Assembly (NCBI GenBank): GCA_033442325.1
Contig: JAWQFM010000006.1
Coordinates: 501,628 to 565,627 of the forward strand
Origin: Salpingoeca rosetta
Taxonomy: Eukaryota > Protista > Choanoflagellata
DNA length: 64,000 bases
Reading direction: 5' to 3'
Notes under the pieces: model-generated
Seen by the model: the letters and a program-made list of their open reading frames with translations, nothing else
Told to the model about the DNA's origin: nothing
The model's database searches: none
Shown: one piece after another, positions 1-11,714 of the stretch
How the letters are laid out: each line of letters begins with the position of its first letter
Numbering within the stretch: position 1 is the stretch's first letter
Position numbers and translations under genes: made by a program

Positions 1-2070
1 CACCGTGCTGGGCGAGTGCCTGGCGACGCTGGTGTTCTTTCGCAATGACATATGTCCAACCCGTTGGCACAAACGCGACAATTCGGTGATATCTGCAACA
101 GAAAGATAACCAATGTACCGCGTCAGCTTGAGGGACACGTGAGCACGCACATCAAGCACACGAGGATGTACACACACTCGCAGATCCACACACCCACAAA
201 GTCACAACAACCATTGCTCTCTCCACACACACACACACACTCGCACATGCACACACACGCACACGCACACACACGCACACGCACACGCACACACACACAC
301 TCGCACATGCACACACACGCACACACACACACACATCACCTTGGCTTGTAGTGGTCAATCATGTCATGCAACGTTTCGTAATCTGGCAGAAACGTCCACC
401 CACCGGCGGCCATTGTGCCCAGCATGTGCCACCCCACCACGTGCACGTTGCTCGCCTTGTGCCCAGCATGTGCCACCCCACCACGTGCACGTTGCTCGCC
501 TTGGTTGCACACGCACACACACGCACACACACGCATCTCCAAGGCGAAACAAAGTCACAACTCAGTCCAATAAACATGAGCGTCAGTCACAGCGACAATG
601 GCCGCAGCGCTTACGAGGTGGTCAGAGGTGAACATTTCGTCGAATGGCACGGGCCAGTCAAGATCAAGTTGCTGCATCATGAGCCGCTTCTTCTCAGACA
701 CAACCTAAACATGCATACACACCCAGGGAGACAATTGTACACCACCCACCCACAAACAAACATGCACAAACCACAACACACACACACACACACACACAAA
801 ACGCACGCACACACGTGTCTGTGAGAAGAGTGCAGGGCACGACACCAACTCTTACAGGCCTCGATGAATCGCTACAAACGCGAGTGAAAGCAGGCCAAGC
901 GGGCTGTGGGTGACGTATGACGCACCAGTGGCTTGTGCTGGTCTTTGACAAGTTGTGTGAGGATCTTTTCTTTCCCGACGGAATATGTGGCCACCAGAAA
1001 CAGGGTATCTGTATCCAAGCAGTTGAGTGCAAAGCATGGAGCGTGCATGAGAACACCTTCAGGCTCCCGTTCGCTCACTTTCGAGCATACGCGTGTCAAC
1101 GTGCCTGGCACGATGCCAAGTGTCGAAAGCACAATTAACAGTCAGGCTGCCAATATAGCAACCCGCAATCTCACAAAAACATCCAGGGCACACAAGATGT
1201 ACACACACAAACACACACACGCAGACAGACACACAGACACACACACAGACACATACGTAGACACATGTACGCATTTGACGAACCGACACCGTCGGCTCTT
1301 TGCTGGTCCTCGTGCATGTATTGCGAGACCGTGTCAGAAACAAAGCGAACAACTTGCTCCTGTGGCGGGAACGTGTGCTTGGGATCGCAATATGTTGTGT
1401 CCAAGAATAAGATGTCAAGGGCCACGTTCTGCAGGAGGGGGTGTTGTTTCCATGCAGGGGTATAGCGACAATCCCCAGAGTGAAGGTACCAATGCTCCAA
1501 GCCACCCTCTGTTTCTACACAGGGCAGACACACAAACAACGGCAGGCGTTGCAGATGAGGAGCACGGGAACATCAAGCCGAAAGGAGAATCGTGCTCAGC
1601 TGCTTCGCGAAGCAATTGACAAAGAGCACTCACCCCCCCCCCCAATCACAATTCATGCGCGGAAGTGTGTGTGTGTGTGTGTGTATTCTCGCACGTATTT
1701 GCCCATTGCCAAGGAAAAAAAAAGCATCGGCAACCAGCCCACCTCTGACATGGAAGAGAAACATGGCTGCGCCTGGGCAGTGGTTGGCGTCGATGAGGGC
1801 CACTCGGCAAGTGGCGGTGACGTCCACCCAGGTATCCAGTGGCAGTGGACGCAGGTAGTTTGCGTCGACCTCCAACACAGCGGCCACTAACTTGGCCGTT
1901 GTTTGGGAGCAATAAACGGGACCCCACTGCCAGTCCTTGTTCAGCTTCCCGTAGTGGTCTGCGTGGAAGTGGGACAGGAAGAACAGGGTGCCGGATTCCC
2001 TGCGGTGGTATTTCTTGTCGTTGAAGTGATCCACCACAATTGGCGTGAACGGCACCGCATACGTCTCCAT
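1..2070 (-). CDS. DCLRE1A: SNM1/PSO2-family DNA cross-link repair nuclease (metallo-beta-lactamase + beta-CASP/DRMBL); spliced, 3' end runs out of the window
   Basis: Exon 2070-1743 has FLSHFHADHY and DANHCPGAAMFLF. Later exons: YLHSGDCRY and LFLDTTYCDPKHTFPPQ (~1510-1290), FLVATYSVGKEK (~1007-926), VVSEKKR..FTSDHL (~703-614), ASNVHVVGW (~455-340) and IVAFVPTGWT (92-1). All are SNM1-family motifs joined by GT-AG introns. SNM1A versus SNM1B cannot be settled by eye. Confidence 0.88.
413..500. repeat. Exact 44-bp tandem duplication overlapping a splice acceptor of the SNM1-like gene
   Basis: ttgtgcccagcatgtgccaccccaccacgtgcacgttgctcgcc occurs at 413-456 and 457-500. Confidence 0.95.
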
Positions 2071-2640
2071 TCTGCAGCTTCACTCTGCTCAAGACTGACG
2101 CCGCACCTCCACGTGCACATGAGCCAGCAATCAAGCCAGCCAGCAATCAAGCCAGCCAGCCTCCGTGTGCTGCTCACGTCTCAAGAGCAGTGCAGCCACA
2201 CAGGTTTGGTCGCTGCCCAGCCAGCAAGCTTTTGTTGCGGTTGGTGTCCTTCTTCCGCGATTCGATGCGGAGTTCGCTGAGTCAGCTGTTCTGACAATTG
2301 AATGGTGTTTTCAAGAGATTTTCCATTTGCCTTGTTGGCTGGCTGGGTCGCGTGGTGTGCATGTGCCTTTTTCTTTCCAAACCCATCCAAGCTCCAAGAA
2401 GTCTCATCGTTGTCGCCGTCTCCGCGTGCGTTCCCGCTCCCTTTCCCCCCCTCAACTCCTCCGCACCAAAACCCCACGTCCAGCAGCACCCGTGCTTGCT
2501 CTGTGTTCAACACAAGCCCTGAAAGTAGTCTTCCTGTTTGAAGCTCATTGTTAATCTCTTCGCGGAGGGACCAGAAACAGAACCAAAAAGAACCCAACAA
2601 AACCCAACTACCCGTTAACTTCCAATCACCACCAAGCATC

Positions 2641-4938
2641 ATGGCCAGCCAGACCGAAGCCGCCGCTGCTCAGCAGCAGCCCGCCCAGGCTCAAGCCCAG
2701 GCAACCCAGCAGCAACCCGCCCAGGCTCAAGCCCAGCCGCAGTTTGTCGCAGCTCAGCAGCAGGGCGAGGGTGCCGTTGGCGCCACGACCGCAGCCGCGC
2801 CCATGCAGCAGCAGCCTCAGCAGGCGTTCCCTGGCGTCGCCGGCCCCGTCCCCGCCAACCCGCAGGGCGCTGCCGCGTCCCTGTACGTGGGCGACCTCTC
2901 GCCCCAGGTGAACGAGACGGAGCTGTTCAACCTCTTCTCCTCCATTGGCAGCGTCATGTCCGTGCGCGTGTGCCGCGACCAGATCACCCGCAGCTCCCTC
3001 GGCTACGGCTACGTCAACTTCAACAAGGCCGAGGACGCCGAGGCCGCCATGGGCCAGCTCAACTTCCACGACCTGCACGGTCGCCACATCCGCATCATGA
3101 AGGTCGAGCGCGACCCCAAGAAGCGCCGCTCCGGCGTCGGCAACATCTTCATCAGCGGCCTGCCCGCGGACACCACCAGCGTCCACCTGCGCGACACCTT
3201 TGAGCAGTTTGGCAAGATCCTCTCCTGCAAGGCCGTCCTGGACCACAGCGGCCGCTGCCGCGGCTTTGGCTTTGTGCACTTTGAGGACCCCAAGGTCGCC
3301 GAGCGCGCCATTGCCGAGGCCAACGGCAAGGACGCCGGCGGCGACCGCAAGCTGCGCGTCGCCCCCTTCAAGCCCCGCAAGCAGCGCGAGCAGGAGCAGG
3401 AGGAGCGCACCAAGAACTTCACCAACGTCTACGTCAAGTCCCTGCGCCGCGACGCCGACGAGGAGGAGCTGGGCAAGCTCTTTGAGCCCTACGGCGACAT
3501 CACCTCCAAGGCCCTGCGCACCTACAAGCTCAAGGACACCGAGCGCCCCTACGGCTTTGTCAACTTTGCCGACACCGAGGCCGCCCAGAAGTGCGTCGAG
3601 GAGGGCGAGATGCACCAGCGCGACATCTTCTACGTCGACGGCATGGCCTTTGAGGAGGGCAAGAAGGTCGAGGACTTTGTCAAGACGGTTGAGGAGTGCG
3701 CCGGCAGCGAGGTCGAGCGCCACCACCTGCAGGTCGCCGACGGCAAGCTCTCTGGCTTTATCCTCTTCAAGGAGCACGGCGAGGAGACGGTCGACAAGGC
3801 CATGACGGGCCTTCCTGAGAAGATGGAGGCTGCAACCGACCACATCTCCAAGGCCAAGCTGTACGTGCAGCGCGCCCAGAAGAAGCAGGAGCGCATCCGT
3901 CGCCTTCGCCGCAGGCTGCAGGAGCGTCGTCGCGAGCTCCGCCAGCGCGGTGGCAACCTCTTTGTCAAGAACTTCAACGAGAACGTGACGGAGGAGGACC
4001 TGCGCAAGTTCTTTGAGGAGTGCGGCCACGTCATGAGCGTCAAGGTGATGCGCGACAAGGAGGGTGTCTCGCGCTGCTTTGGCTTTGTCACCTTTGCCAC
4101 GCGCGAGGAGGCCGAGTCTGCCATTGCCAAGAAGAACCGCCAGCCACTGCAGGACCGCCCCATCTACGTTGCCTTCCACCTCACGCGCCAGGAGCGCCAG
4201 GCCCGCAAGCAGCAGCAGCACCCACAGCACCCACAGCAGGGCATGTACATGTACCCGCAGTACCCCGGCATGCCCATGGGCGCGTTTGGCCCCGGCTACT
4301 ACAACCCGCAGATGATGATGGTCAACCCGCAGATGCCGCGCGCCATGAACTTCCCCGCGCAGGCCGGCAACCGCGGCGGCCCTGTCGGCGGGCCAAACCG
4401 CTACATGCAGCAGCAGAACAGGCCCATGCCGCCACAGGCGCAGCAGCAGATGGCGCGCAACCCACAGCAGTTCCGCCAGCAGTTTGCCGGGCAGCAGCAG
4501 ATGCCGCCACAGCAGCAGATGCAGCAGATGCAACAAGAGGCGCCCCAGGGCCAGCAGCAGCAGCAGCAGGCCCAGCAGCAGATGCAGCTGCCACAGGACG
4601 TGACGTCGCAGCTTGCGCACATGGACGAGGAGCAGCGCCGCCGGTACCTCGGCGATATGCTGTACCACCGCGTCGCAAACATTGACAAGGAGCGCGCCCC
4701 CAAGATCACGGGCATGCTGCTTGCGTACGACGCCGGCCACCTGATGAACCTGCTGGCCAGCGACGCAGCCCTTCGCGAGCAGGTCATGCTTGCCCAGAAC
4801 ATCCTCACCGGCAACGCCGCGGCGCCCGCCAACCAGCAGCAGCAGGGCAACCAGCAGCAGCAGCAGCCCGCACAGCAGCCCGCACAGCAGGCCAACCAGC
4901 AGGCACCGCAGCAGCAGGCCGCGCAGGCCGCACAGTAA
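2641..4938 (+). CDS. PABPC1: Cytoplasmic poly(A)-binding protein (4 RRMs + Q/P-rich linker + MLLE/PABC), intronless
   Basis: ASLYVGDL..RVCRDQITRSSLGYGYVNF (RRM1), GVGNIFISGL..GFGFVHF (RRM2), FTNVYVKSL..YGFVNF..LYVQRAQKK (RRM3), NLFVKNF..FGFVTF (RRM4) and LGDMLY..KITGMLL (MLLE). ATG at 2641 is preceded by gcatc; strong C/G third-position bias. Confidence 0.96.
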   Translation: MASQTEAAAAQQQPAQAQAQATQQQPAQAQAQPQFVAAQQQGEGAVGATTAAAPMQQQPQQAFPGVAGPVPANPQGAAASLYVGDLSPQVNETELFNLFSSIGSVMSVRVCRDQITRSSLGYGYVNFNKAEDAEAAMGQLNFHDLHGRHIRIMKVERDPKKRRSGVGNIFISGLPADTTSVHLRDTFEQFGKILSCKAVLDHSGRCRGFGFVHFEDPKVAERAIAEANGKDAGGDRKLRVAPFKPRKQREQEQEERTKNFTNVYVKSLRRDADEEELGKLFEPYGDITSKALRTYKLKDTERPYGFVNFADTEAAQKCVEEGEMHQRDIFYVDGMAFEEGKKVEDFVKTVEECAGSEVERHHLQVADGKLSGFILFKEHGEETVDKAMTGLPEKMEAATDHISKAKLYVQRAQKKQERIRRLRRRLQERRRELRQRGGNLFVKNFNENVTEEDLRKFFEECGHVMSVKVMRDKEGVSRCFGFVTFATREEAESAIAKKNRQPLQDRPIYVAFHLTRQERQARKQQQHPQHPQQGMYMYPQYPGMPMGAFGPGYYNPQMMMVNPQMPRAMNFPAQAGNRGGPVGGPNRYMQQQNRPMPPQAQQQMARNPQQFRQQFAGQQQMPPQQQMQQMQQEAPQGQQQQQQAQQQMQLPQDVTSQLAHMDEEQRRRYLGDMLYHRVANIDKERAPKITGMLLAYDAGHLMNLLASDAALREQVMLAQNILTGNAAAPANQQQQGNQQQQQPAQQPAQQANQQAPQQQAAQAAQ

Positions 4939-5258
4939 GCGCTTGGCGTCTTGAGCGCGTGCGTGCAGCTTGTGTTGCGTTTGCGTGTTGTTGTGTATAC
5001 GAGTGTCACCACCTCCTTGTCTGCCTTGTCTGCCTTGTCAAGACGGCACTTTCCATGCCTGGCTCGCTTAGCGGCGGCAGTTGGTGTCTTGCGTGAGCTT
5101 TTGTCTGTATCTTTGTCTTGTTTCACTGCCTTGGTGTTCTTCTTGTTCTTTAATCCTCCTTTGGGAAAGGGAGAGGGAACAGTCCCATGCGAGACAATAC
5201 AACGTGAGACACAACAACAACTAGCACAACCTCGAAAGTGACAAGATGTGCCAAGGCC

Positions 5259-5301
<43 letters not shown>

Positions 5302-5354
5302 TGTGTGTGTGTGTGTGTGTGTGGTAAGTGTCGGTTGTCCCTTGCGACCGTATG

Positions 5355-5551
5355 TCATGCGTGACTCTCGCCATGTTCAGAGGCGTCATCTGAGAGTTGC
5401 TTGGCACGCGTTTGAGACTGCTGTTGCGACGAGGCTGTGGCACTTGGGGCTGGGCGTTGTTGGTTCGACACACTTCCCCACCACGAACGGATGGAGCTCA
5501 CAGCAGACGCAATCCCCTTCTTGCTTGCCTCGTACGCCTCGCTAAGCGCCT

Positions 5552-5608
<57 letters not shown>

Positions 5609-7065
5609 TGTGTGTGTGTATGTATGTATGTATGTATGTGTGTGTGTGTGTGCGCGTGTCGATCGTGAGCAAAAAGGCATCGGATACGACGTGGATCTGT
5701 CGCAAATACACATGCACGAACGCACGAACACACGAACACACACACATAGTTCTCAACACAGTGTGTTGTACCTTCTCGCTCTGGTCGACAGTTGCTCGAA
5801 AGCGCTGCGAGGCCGCCTCAGTGCGCTCAGCACCTGATTGTGGTGGTGTTGGCGTGGTACAGATGTGAGCAGGGCAGTTGACAGTGCAGAGTAATTGTGG
5901 GAAGGTAGTGTCACTTATGCACACGGACACACACACAGACACAGACACAGACAGACAGACAGACAGACAGACACAGACACAAACACACGCATGCATGCAT
6001 CCAACGGTACCGAGTTGTGTGGTCGTGAGCTGCCTGAACCTGCGCCCAACATCTGCCACCTGCAGTGCGCCCGCACACACGTGCAAGCGCGACGCCTCGA
6101 GGTCACATGGGCGCAGGTGGTACACGCTGAGCACCGCGTCCGAGTAGTGGCACCACCGCGCATATGGAACTGTGCTGCGCCACGCCGCGAACCAGTCCCA
6201 GTTGAAGTCTGCCAGCCTGTCCAGGTTGGCCTTGGTCGCGTGTGCACGGGCGGTGTCGGCACAGATGGCGGCCTGCAGCAGATACGTGTGGAAACTGTGG
6301 CGGATGTGCTCGTCTCCACCAGCGTACCCGCTCTCCCCGTCACCCTGGCGTGGCGTGGCGTGGCGTGGCGTGTGTGTGTGTGTGTGTGCGTGTCGTTGCG
6401 TGTGAGTGTTATGAGGACAAGTCTGCTTCATGTTGCTCGTGTGTTCGATGTGCGTGCANNNNNNNNNNNNNNNNNNNNNNNNNNNNNNNNNNNNNNNNNN
6501 NNNNNNNNNNNNNNNNNNNNNNNNNNNNNNNNNNNNNNNNNNNNNNNNNNNNNNNNNNNNNNNNNNNNNNNNNNNNNNNNNNNNNNNNNNNNNNNNNNNN
6601 NNNNNNNNNNNNNNNNNNNNNNNNNNNNNNNNNNNNNNNNNNNNNNNNNNNNNNNNNNNNNNNNNNNNNNNNNNNNNNNNNNNNNNNNNNNNNNNNNNNN
6701 NNNNNNNNNNNNNNNNNNNNNNNNNNNNNNNNNNNNNNNNNNNNNNNNNNNNNNNNNNNNNNNNNNNNNNNNNNNNNNNNNNNNNNNNNNNNNNNNNNNN
6801 NNNNNNNNNNNNNNNNNNNNNNNNNNNNNNNNNNNNNNNNNNNNNNNNNNNNNNNNNNNNNNNNNNNNNNNNNNNNNNNNNNNNNNNNNNNNNNNNNNNN
6901 NNNNNNNNNNNNNNNNNNNNNNNNNNNNNNNNNNNNNNNNNNNNNNNNNNNNNNNNNNNNNNNNNNNNNNNNNNNNNNNNNNNNNNNNNNNNNNNNNNNN
7001 NNNNNNNNNNNNNNNNNNNNNNNNNNNNNNNNNNNNNNNNNNNNNTGTGTGTGTGTGTGTGTGTG

Positions 7066-7108
<43 letters not shown>

Positions 7109-7788
7109 GTGTGTGTGTGTGTGCGTGTCGTTGCGTGTGTGTGTGTGTGTGCGTGTCGTTGCGTGTGAGTGTTACGAGGACAAGTCTGCTTCACGTTACT
7201 CGTGTGTTCGATGTGCGTGCGTGTGCGTGGGTGTTCTGAGTGTGCGTGCTGCTTGGGCTGATTGGTTGGAGAGAACTGGACAGGGACGTTGTTCCAGATG
7301 CTGCAGATGACACCGCTAACACCGCCGCGAACACGACTTACGCTGCTCCCCACTTCGCGCTTGCGAACGGACGAGACAAGCTGGTCAATGAATCTGGACG
7401 AGCAAATTTGCATGCATGCACGTACAACCCGCGCGACCAGTCAGCCATGGTGCCAGGAAGATGCAGATTGCAATACAAAACAAGCAAGCGCTACAAAGTG
7501 TCGAAAATGGAAATTGAACGTAGACAGCACATTCCCTACCCTCGAACCAAGAAGACAACGTTTCCACATGGACAAAAGTCTGATGATTGACCTGAGATCG
7601 GGTGTTGAGAGTGACGCTTTTGCCTTCAAGCCTGGCTCCATGAACCTGGCAGCAGACACGACGCGAAGCGCACATGGACGAGGGGCAACACGTTCACAGC
7701 AGTGATTTGACAGAATGTGACAACAAGGCACACGCAGGCACACAGACACGCACACACCCACACACAGACATACAGACACAACATGAAA

Positions 7789-7821
<33 letters not shown>

Positions 7822-8904
7822 CACACACATAGACACACATAGACACACATACACACGCACACGCAAACACACGGAGGGAAAGCAAGCGGGCACGGACTTG
7901 AGCGTTGGCTTCTTGCTGAGGTCAAGGACAACATCGGGGTGGAGGAAGTCGGACCGCACCATCATCATGTTCGTCGGGCACGCCAGGAAGTGCGACCCTC
8001 GCAACTCGTCTTGGGTTAGGAGGAGAAGTGAGAGGGGGAGGGGTGACGCGCGATTGTGTGTGATGGTGTGTGATGAAAATGGGGAAGGGAAGGGGTTGCA
8101 GACGGTTAAGGCAGTAAGAAAGGTGAGATGATGATTTTGGGTGCTTGAAGAGCACACTGGATGTAAAGGCGACGCGGCATCGCAAACTAACGTCATGTCA
8201 CATAATCACGCACGCACACACACACAATCACACACACAGACACACACAGACACACAATCACACAGACACACACAGACACACAATCACACACACACAAGAG
8301 TGGTACTGTGCGTTGTCACCTGCTTGTTGGAGGCAGGCGTGTGGGAAGAGACGAAGCAGGCCAGGATATGGACACAGCAGTCGCACGTTCATGCGGCGCA
8401 CGCGCGATGAAAACGACGACAGCACATCATCTTCATCATCGCCACTGCGATCATCACTGCCCTCTGCCGCCTGAACAACCTGCCCCCCTTGGCGCCCGTG
8501 CTGCTGTTGTGATGGTGTTGATGATGATGGTGTTGACGATGGTGACTGCATTGTTCGCTGCATCTCGCCCGTCTCCAGCCAGACCTGCTCCTGCTGATGT
8601 GTAAATGCAGCAATGCTCGCCTCAAGCAGTGCCGTCATTTCATCAGACAGCTGTGATCGCGTCGTCGACGACGACGACGAGGAGGAGGAGGAGGAGGAGG
8701 GTGCTTGCATCGGCGGTGCGTGACTGCCATTGTCGCCTTGGTTCTTCGCCTTCGCAGCCCTCGATGCTGTTGTCGTCTGCGTCGTTGCACCGTCAAGAGC
8801 ACCGGGCAGTAGTGATGCGAGCGCGAGCGCAAGACGCGACAACGACGACGCCGGCGTTGCTCCAGAGGTGTCGCACACCAGGATCTGAGGATGGTGGTGG
8901 TGGT

Positions 8905-8983
<79 letters not shown>

Positions 8984-10727
8984 TATAAGACGCAAGAGTG
9001 CTCATGTCAGCAGGGAGAACGAGAGGTGTTGTGGAGGGGGGCTGCGCTTGGCCCCTCGTTTTCGTGCTGTCACTCAAGGCGTCAGCAACCGATGCCACCA
9101 CTGCTTGCCAGCGTTCTTCTGCACACCTCACCTTCTTCTGCAGCAGCATGAGCTTGTACACTTGCATCAGCACGTAGCGCAGCCGATACAGCCACTCCGT
9201 CAGCCCAAAGTCTGCAATGCACCGAGAAGCGACGTTCATGTGCACGCAGACGTGAATGTGAGCACGCAGGCGTGTGGAGATGTCAATGCGAAATGAACAA
9301 AGCTTGGCAGCGAACACACGCAACAAGACAGATACACGCGTGACAGAACAGCGGAGCTCAACTGCAACGATGCGTATACGCGTGTACAGTGCACCTTGTG
9401 TTGCGACAATGTCGGCGATGGTTGAGCTTGCGAGGGACCTGAGCGAGGCAGGCCACGTCGTTGACAGCAGTGAGCGGATTGGTTTGGGGCAATCCACACC
9501 CATGTGTTGTATATACACGCAAGCAAGCCAGCACGCAGGCACACGAAAACGCAGGCGGGCAGGCAGGCAGGCACGCGCGCACGCAAGGTCGACGTACACA
9601 CAGACACAAAGACGCAGGCAGACACACGCGCGCACACCTGTTGAGGCTGGCTTCGAGGTCGTGAAGGATGGCCTTGTTCGTAAAGTCACGCTGATCAAAC
9701 AGAACCGACGTGCACGGCCTAAGTGGTTTTTTTGTTTTGGTTTGTGTTGGCGAGGGGGGAAGGGGGAGGATGTGAGCCACAGCATATGGCACGCAGGTGC
9801 GTACACGCAATATCACTCGCTCTGCATCGCGCATGCAGCGTAACACTAAACCATACACGCACACAATCACAAACACACATGCACATACACACACACGCAC
9901 ACAATCACAAAAACAAACACAAACACACGTGGCAGAGGCGACACCTGAGGGCGTTTGTGATGGTGGTGAATGCGGGCGTTGTGGAGATGACGCATATGGC
10001 CTTGAGCACGGTGTTTCGCGTCACATGAGCGTCAGATGTTTGCAGGTCTTGCGTTTGTATCTGCCGGGAGACTGCAACACCATACACGCGAGGCCGTTGC
10101 TGTTGCTGCAGCAGCTCACCAGGGGCATCAGCATTTGTATCGTCGCCCTTGACACCGTCATCACCGCTGGCCTCACAAAGAGCTACCAGAACACCCCAAA
10201 GTAAGAAGCAATACACGGGGAGGTGAGAAAGGTGAGAGCAAAGCACGTGCGCACAGCAATGTTCACAGACAAAGGGTACTGCCGAGCACTGTTTGGCACG
10301 GGACTGCAGCTGTGGTCTTACCTGGGAGCGTGAAGTAAGTGACGTCTTCCTCGTGGTTGTGCAAACCATCAGGGAGTGCGAGAAAGGGCAGATGCTTCCA
10401 TTCGTCTGGCAACTGTGCATTTTGAGGCGAGGCCGGGGGGGGGGGAACGTGAGAGTGAGTGAGTGAGTGAGCGAGTGAGTGAGTGAGTGAGTGAGTGAGT
10501 GTGTGTGTGTGTGTGAGCAAAGCGTGAGCATGCGTATGCTGTCGCAGATGTTCAAGTAGGCAGCAGGTCTCCCGGAGGAGGCTGAACCAAACGCAACCAC
10601 TCACTCGCCCACTTACACAAGCACACACACAGACACGCAAAGACACACAACCACAGACACACACACACACACAAACGCAAGAACACTCACTCACCCGCTC
10701 ACACAAGAACAACAAAAACACACGCAT

Positions 10728-10760
<33 letters not shown>

Positions 10761-10991
10761 ACCACAACCACAAGAACACACACGCATACACACACAAGAA
10801 CAAGCTCTCACCTTCACTTTGCCATCCCTTGCCGTTTCGCCTGCAATTGGGTTGATGGAGTACTCCACGACAGGACCAAACTTGTGGTGGAAGTCAACGA
10901 GCAGCACGTTCACCACCGTCGCAGCGCTGGTGATGGGTGCTGTTGCTGTTCCTGTTGCCTCCTCTGCGCCAGCGTCCGTGTCGCTCATCAT
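5355..10991 (-). CDS. AVL9: AVL9 / late secretory pathway protein (DENN-like), multi-exon
   Basis: Exons encode VLLVDFHHKFGPVVEY, LPDEWKHLPFLALPDGLHNHEEDVTYFTLP, VYGVAVSRQI..VTRNTVLKAICVIS, FDQRDFTNKAIL, LMQVYKLMLLQKK, LSTPDLR and GYAGGDEHIRHSFHTYL..LADFNWDWFAAWRST, matching Avl9 blocks in order. Stop at 5357-5355. Confidence 0.9.
6459..7045. other. Assembly gap (N-run) inside an AVL9 intron
   Basis: N-run. The flanking exons (..EVGSS | GDGESGYAGG..) join in phase 0 without it. Confidence 0.95.
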
Positions 10992-11096
10992 GGCTTGCTT
11001 GCTTCTTGCTTGCTTGCTTCGCTGTGTCTGGGTTGTTGAGGTTCTGCTGCTGCGTTGGCTGCTTCTGCTGTTTGTCACGAATCTCTCGACGATGGG

Positions 11097-11135
11097 TGAA
11101 GTTGTGAAGAATTGCGGTGCAGTCCATAATTTTCA
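11097..11135. promoter_or_regulatory. Candidate element in the AVL9/CYB5D1 bidirectional promoter (TGAAGTTGTGAAGAAT..CCATAATTTTCA)
   Basis: The first 16 bp recur exactly, as reverse complement, at 59679-59694 in another head-to-head intergenic region. Confidence 0.5.
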
Positions 11136-11243
11136 AGCTTGGAAACAACACAACAGCAACAGACAGCGCACACCACACACCGCCACACACATACACGAGA
11201 CGGACTGAGAGACAGAAGGAGAGAGCCAGGGAACGTCGCGATC

Positions 11244-11642
11244 ATGAGCAGTGCGGGCAAGGGCGGCACGCGGTACTTTACGCCGAGTGAGGTGGCAGCT
11301 CACAACTGCGCGGAGGACTTGTGGGTGTCCTTCCTTGGGTATGTGTATGACTTGACGCCGCTGGCGAAGGAGCATGTTGGTTCACCTCTGCTGCAGCCAA
11401 TCGTGGCGGTTGCAGGCACAGACATTTCACACTGGTTCGACGAGACAACACAAGACGTAAGCCGGCCTGTGTGTGTGTATGTGTGTGTGCGTGAGGGGGA
11501 GGGAGTGTGTATGTGAGGGAGAGAGAGAGAGAGCGGTATGTGTGAGAGTTAAAGGGAGAGTGTGTGAGTGAGGGTGGGAGGACAAAGAAGAAGAAGAAGA
11601 AGAAGAAGAAGAAGAAGAAGAAGAAGAAGAAAGGATGACGGG

Positions 11643-11714
<72 letters not shown>

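Noticed and set aside
2626-4740. 704-aa antisense ORF over PABP
   Set aside because: Shadow ORF caused by strong GC3 codon bias; no recognisable domain.
5895-7413. Long ORFs crossing the N-gap
   Set aside because: Open only because N codons contain no stops.
11130-11147. Possible RFX X-box upstream of ciliary CYB5D1 (..GCTTGGAAAC)
   Set aside because: Only one half-site matches; too weak to call.
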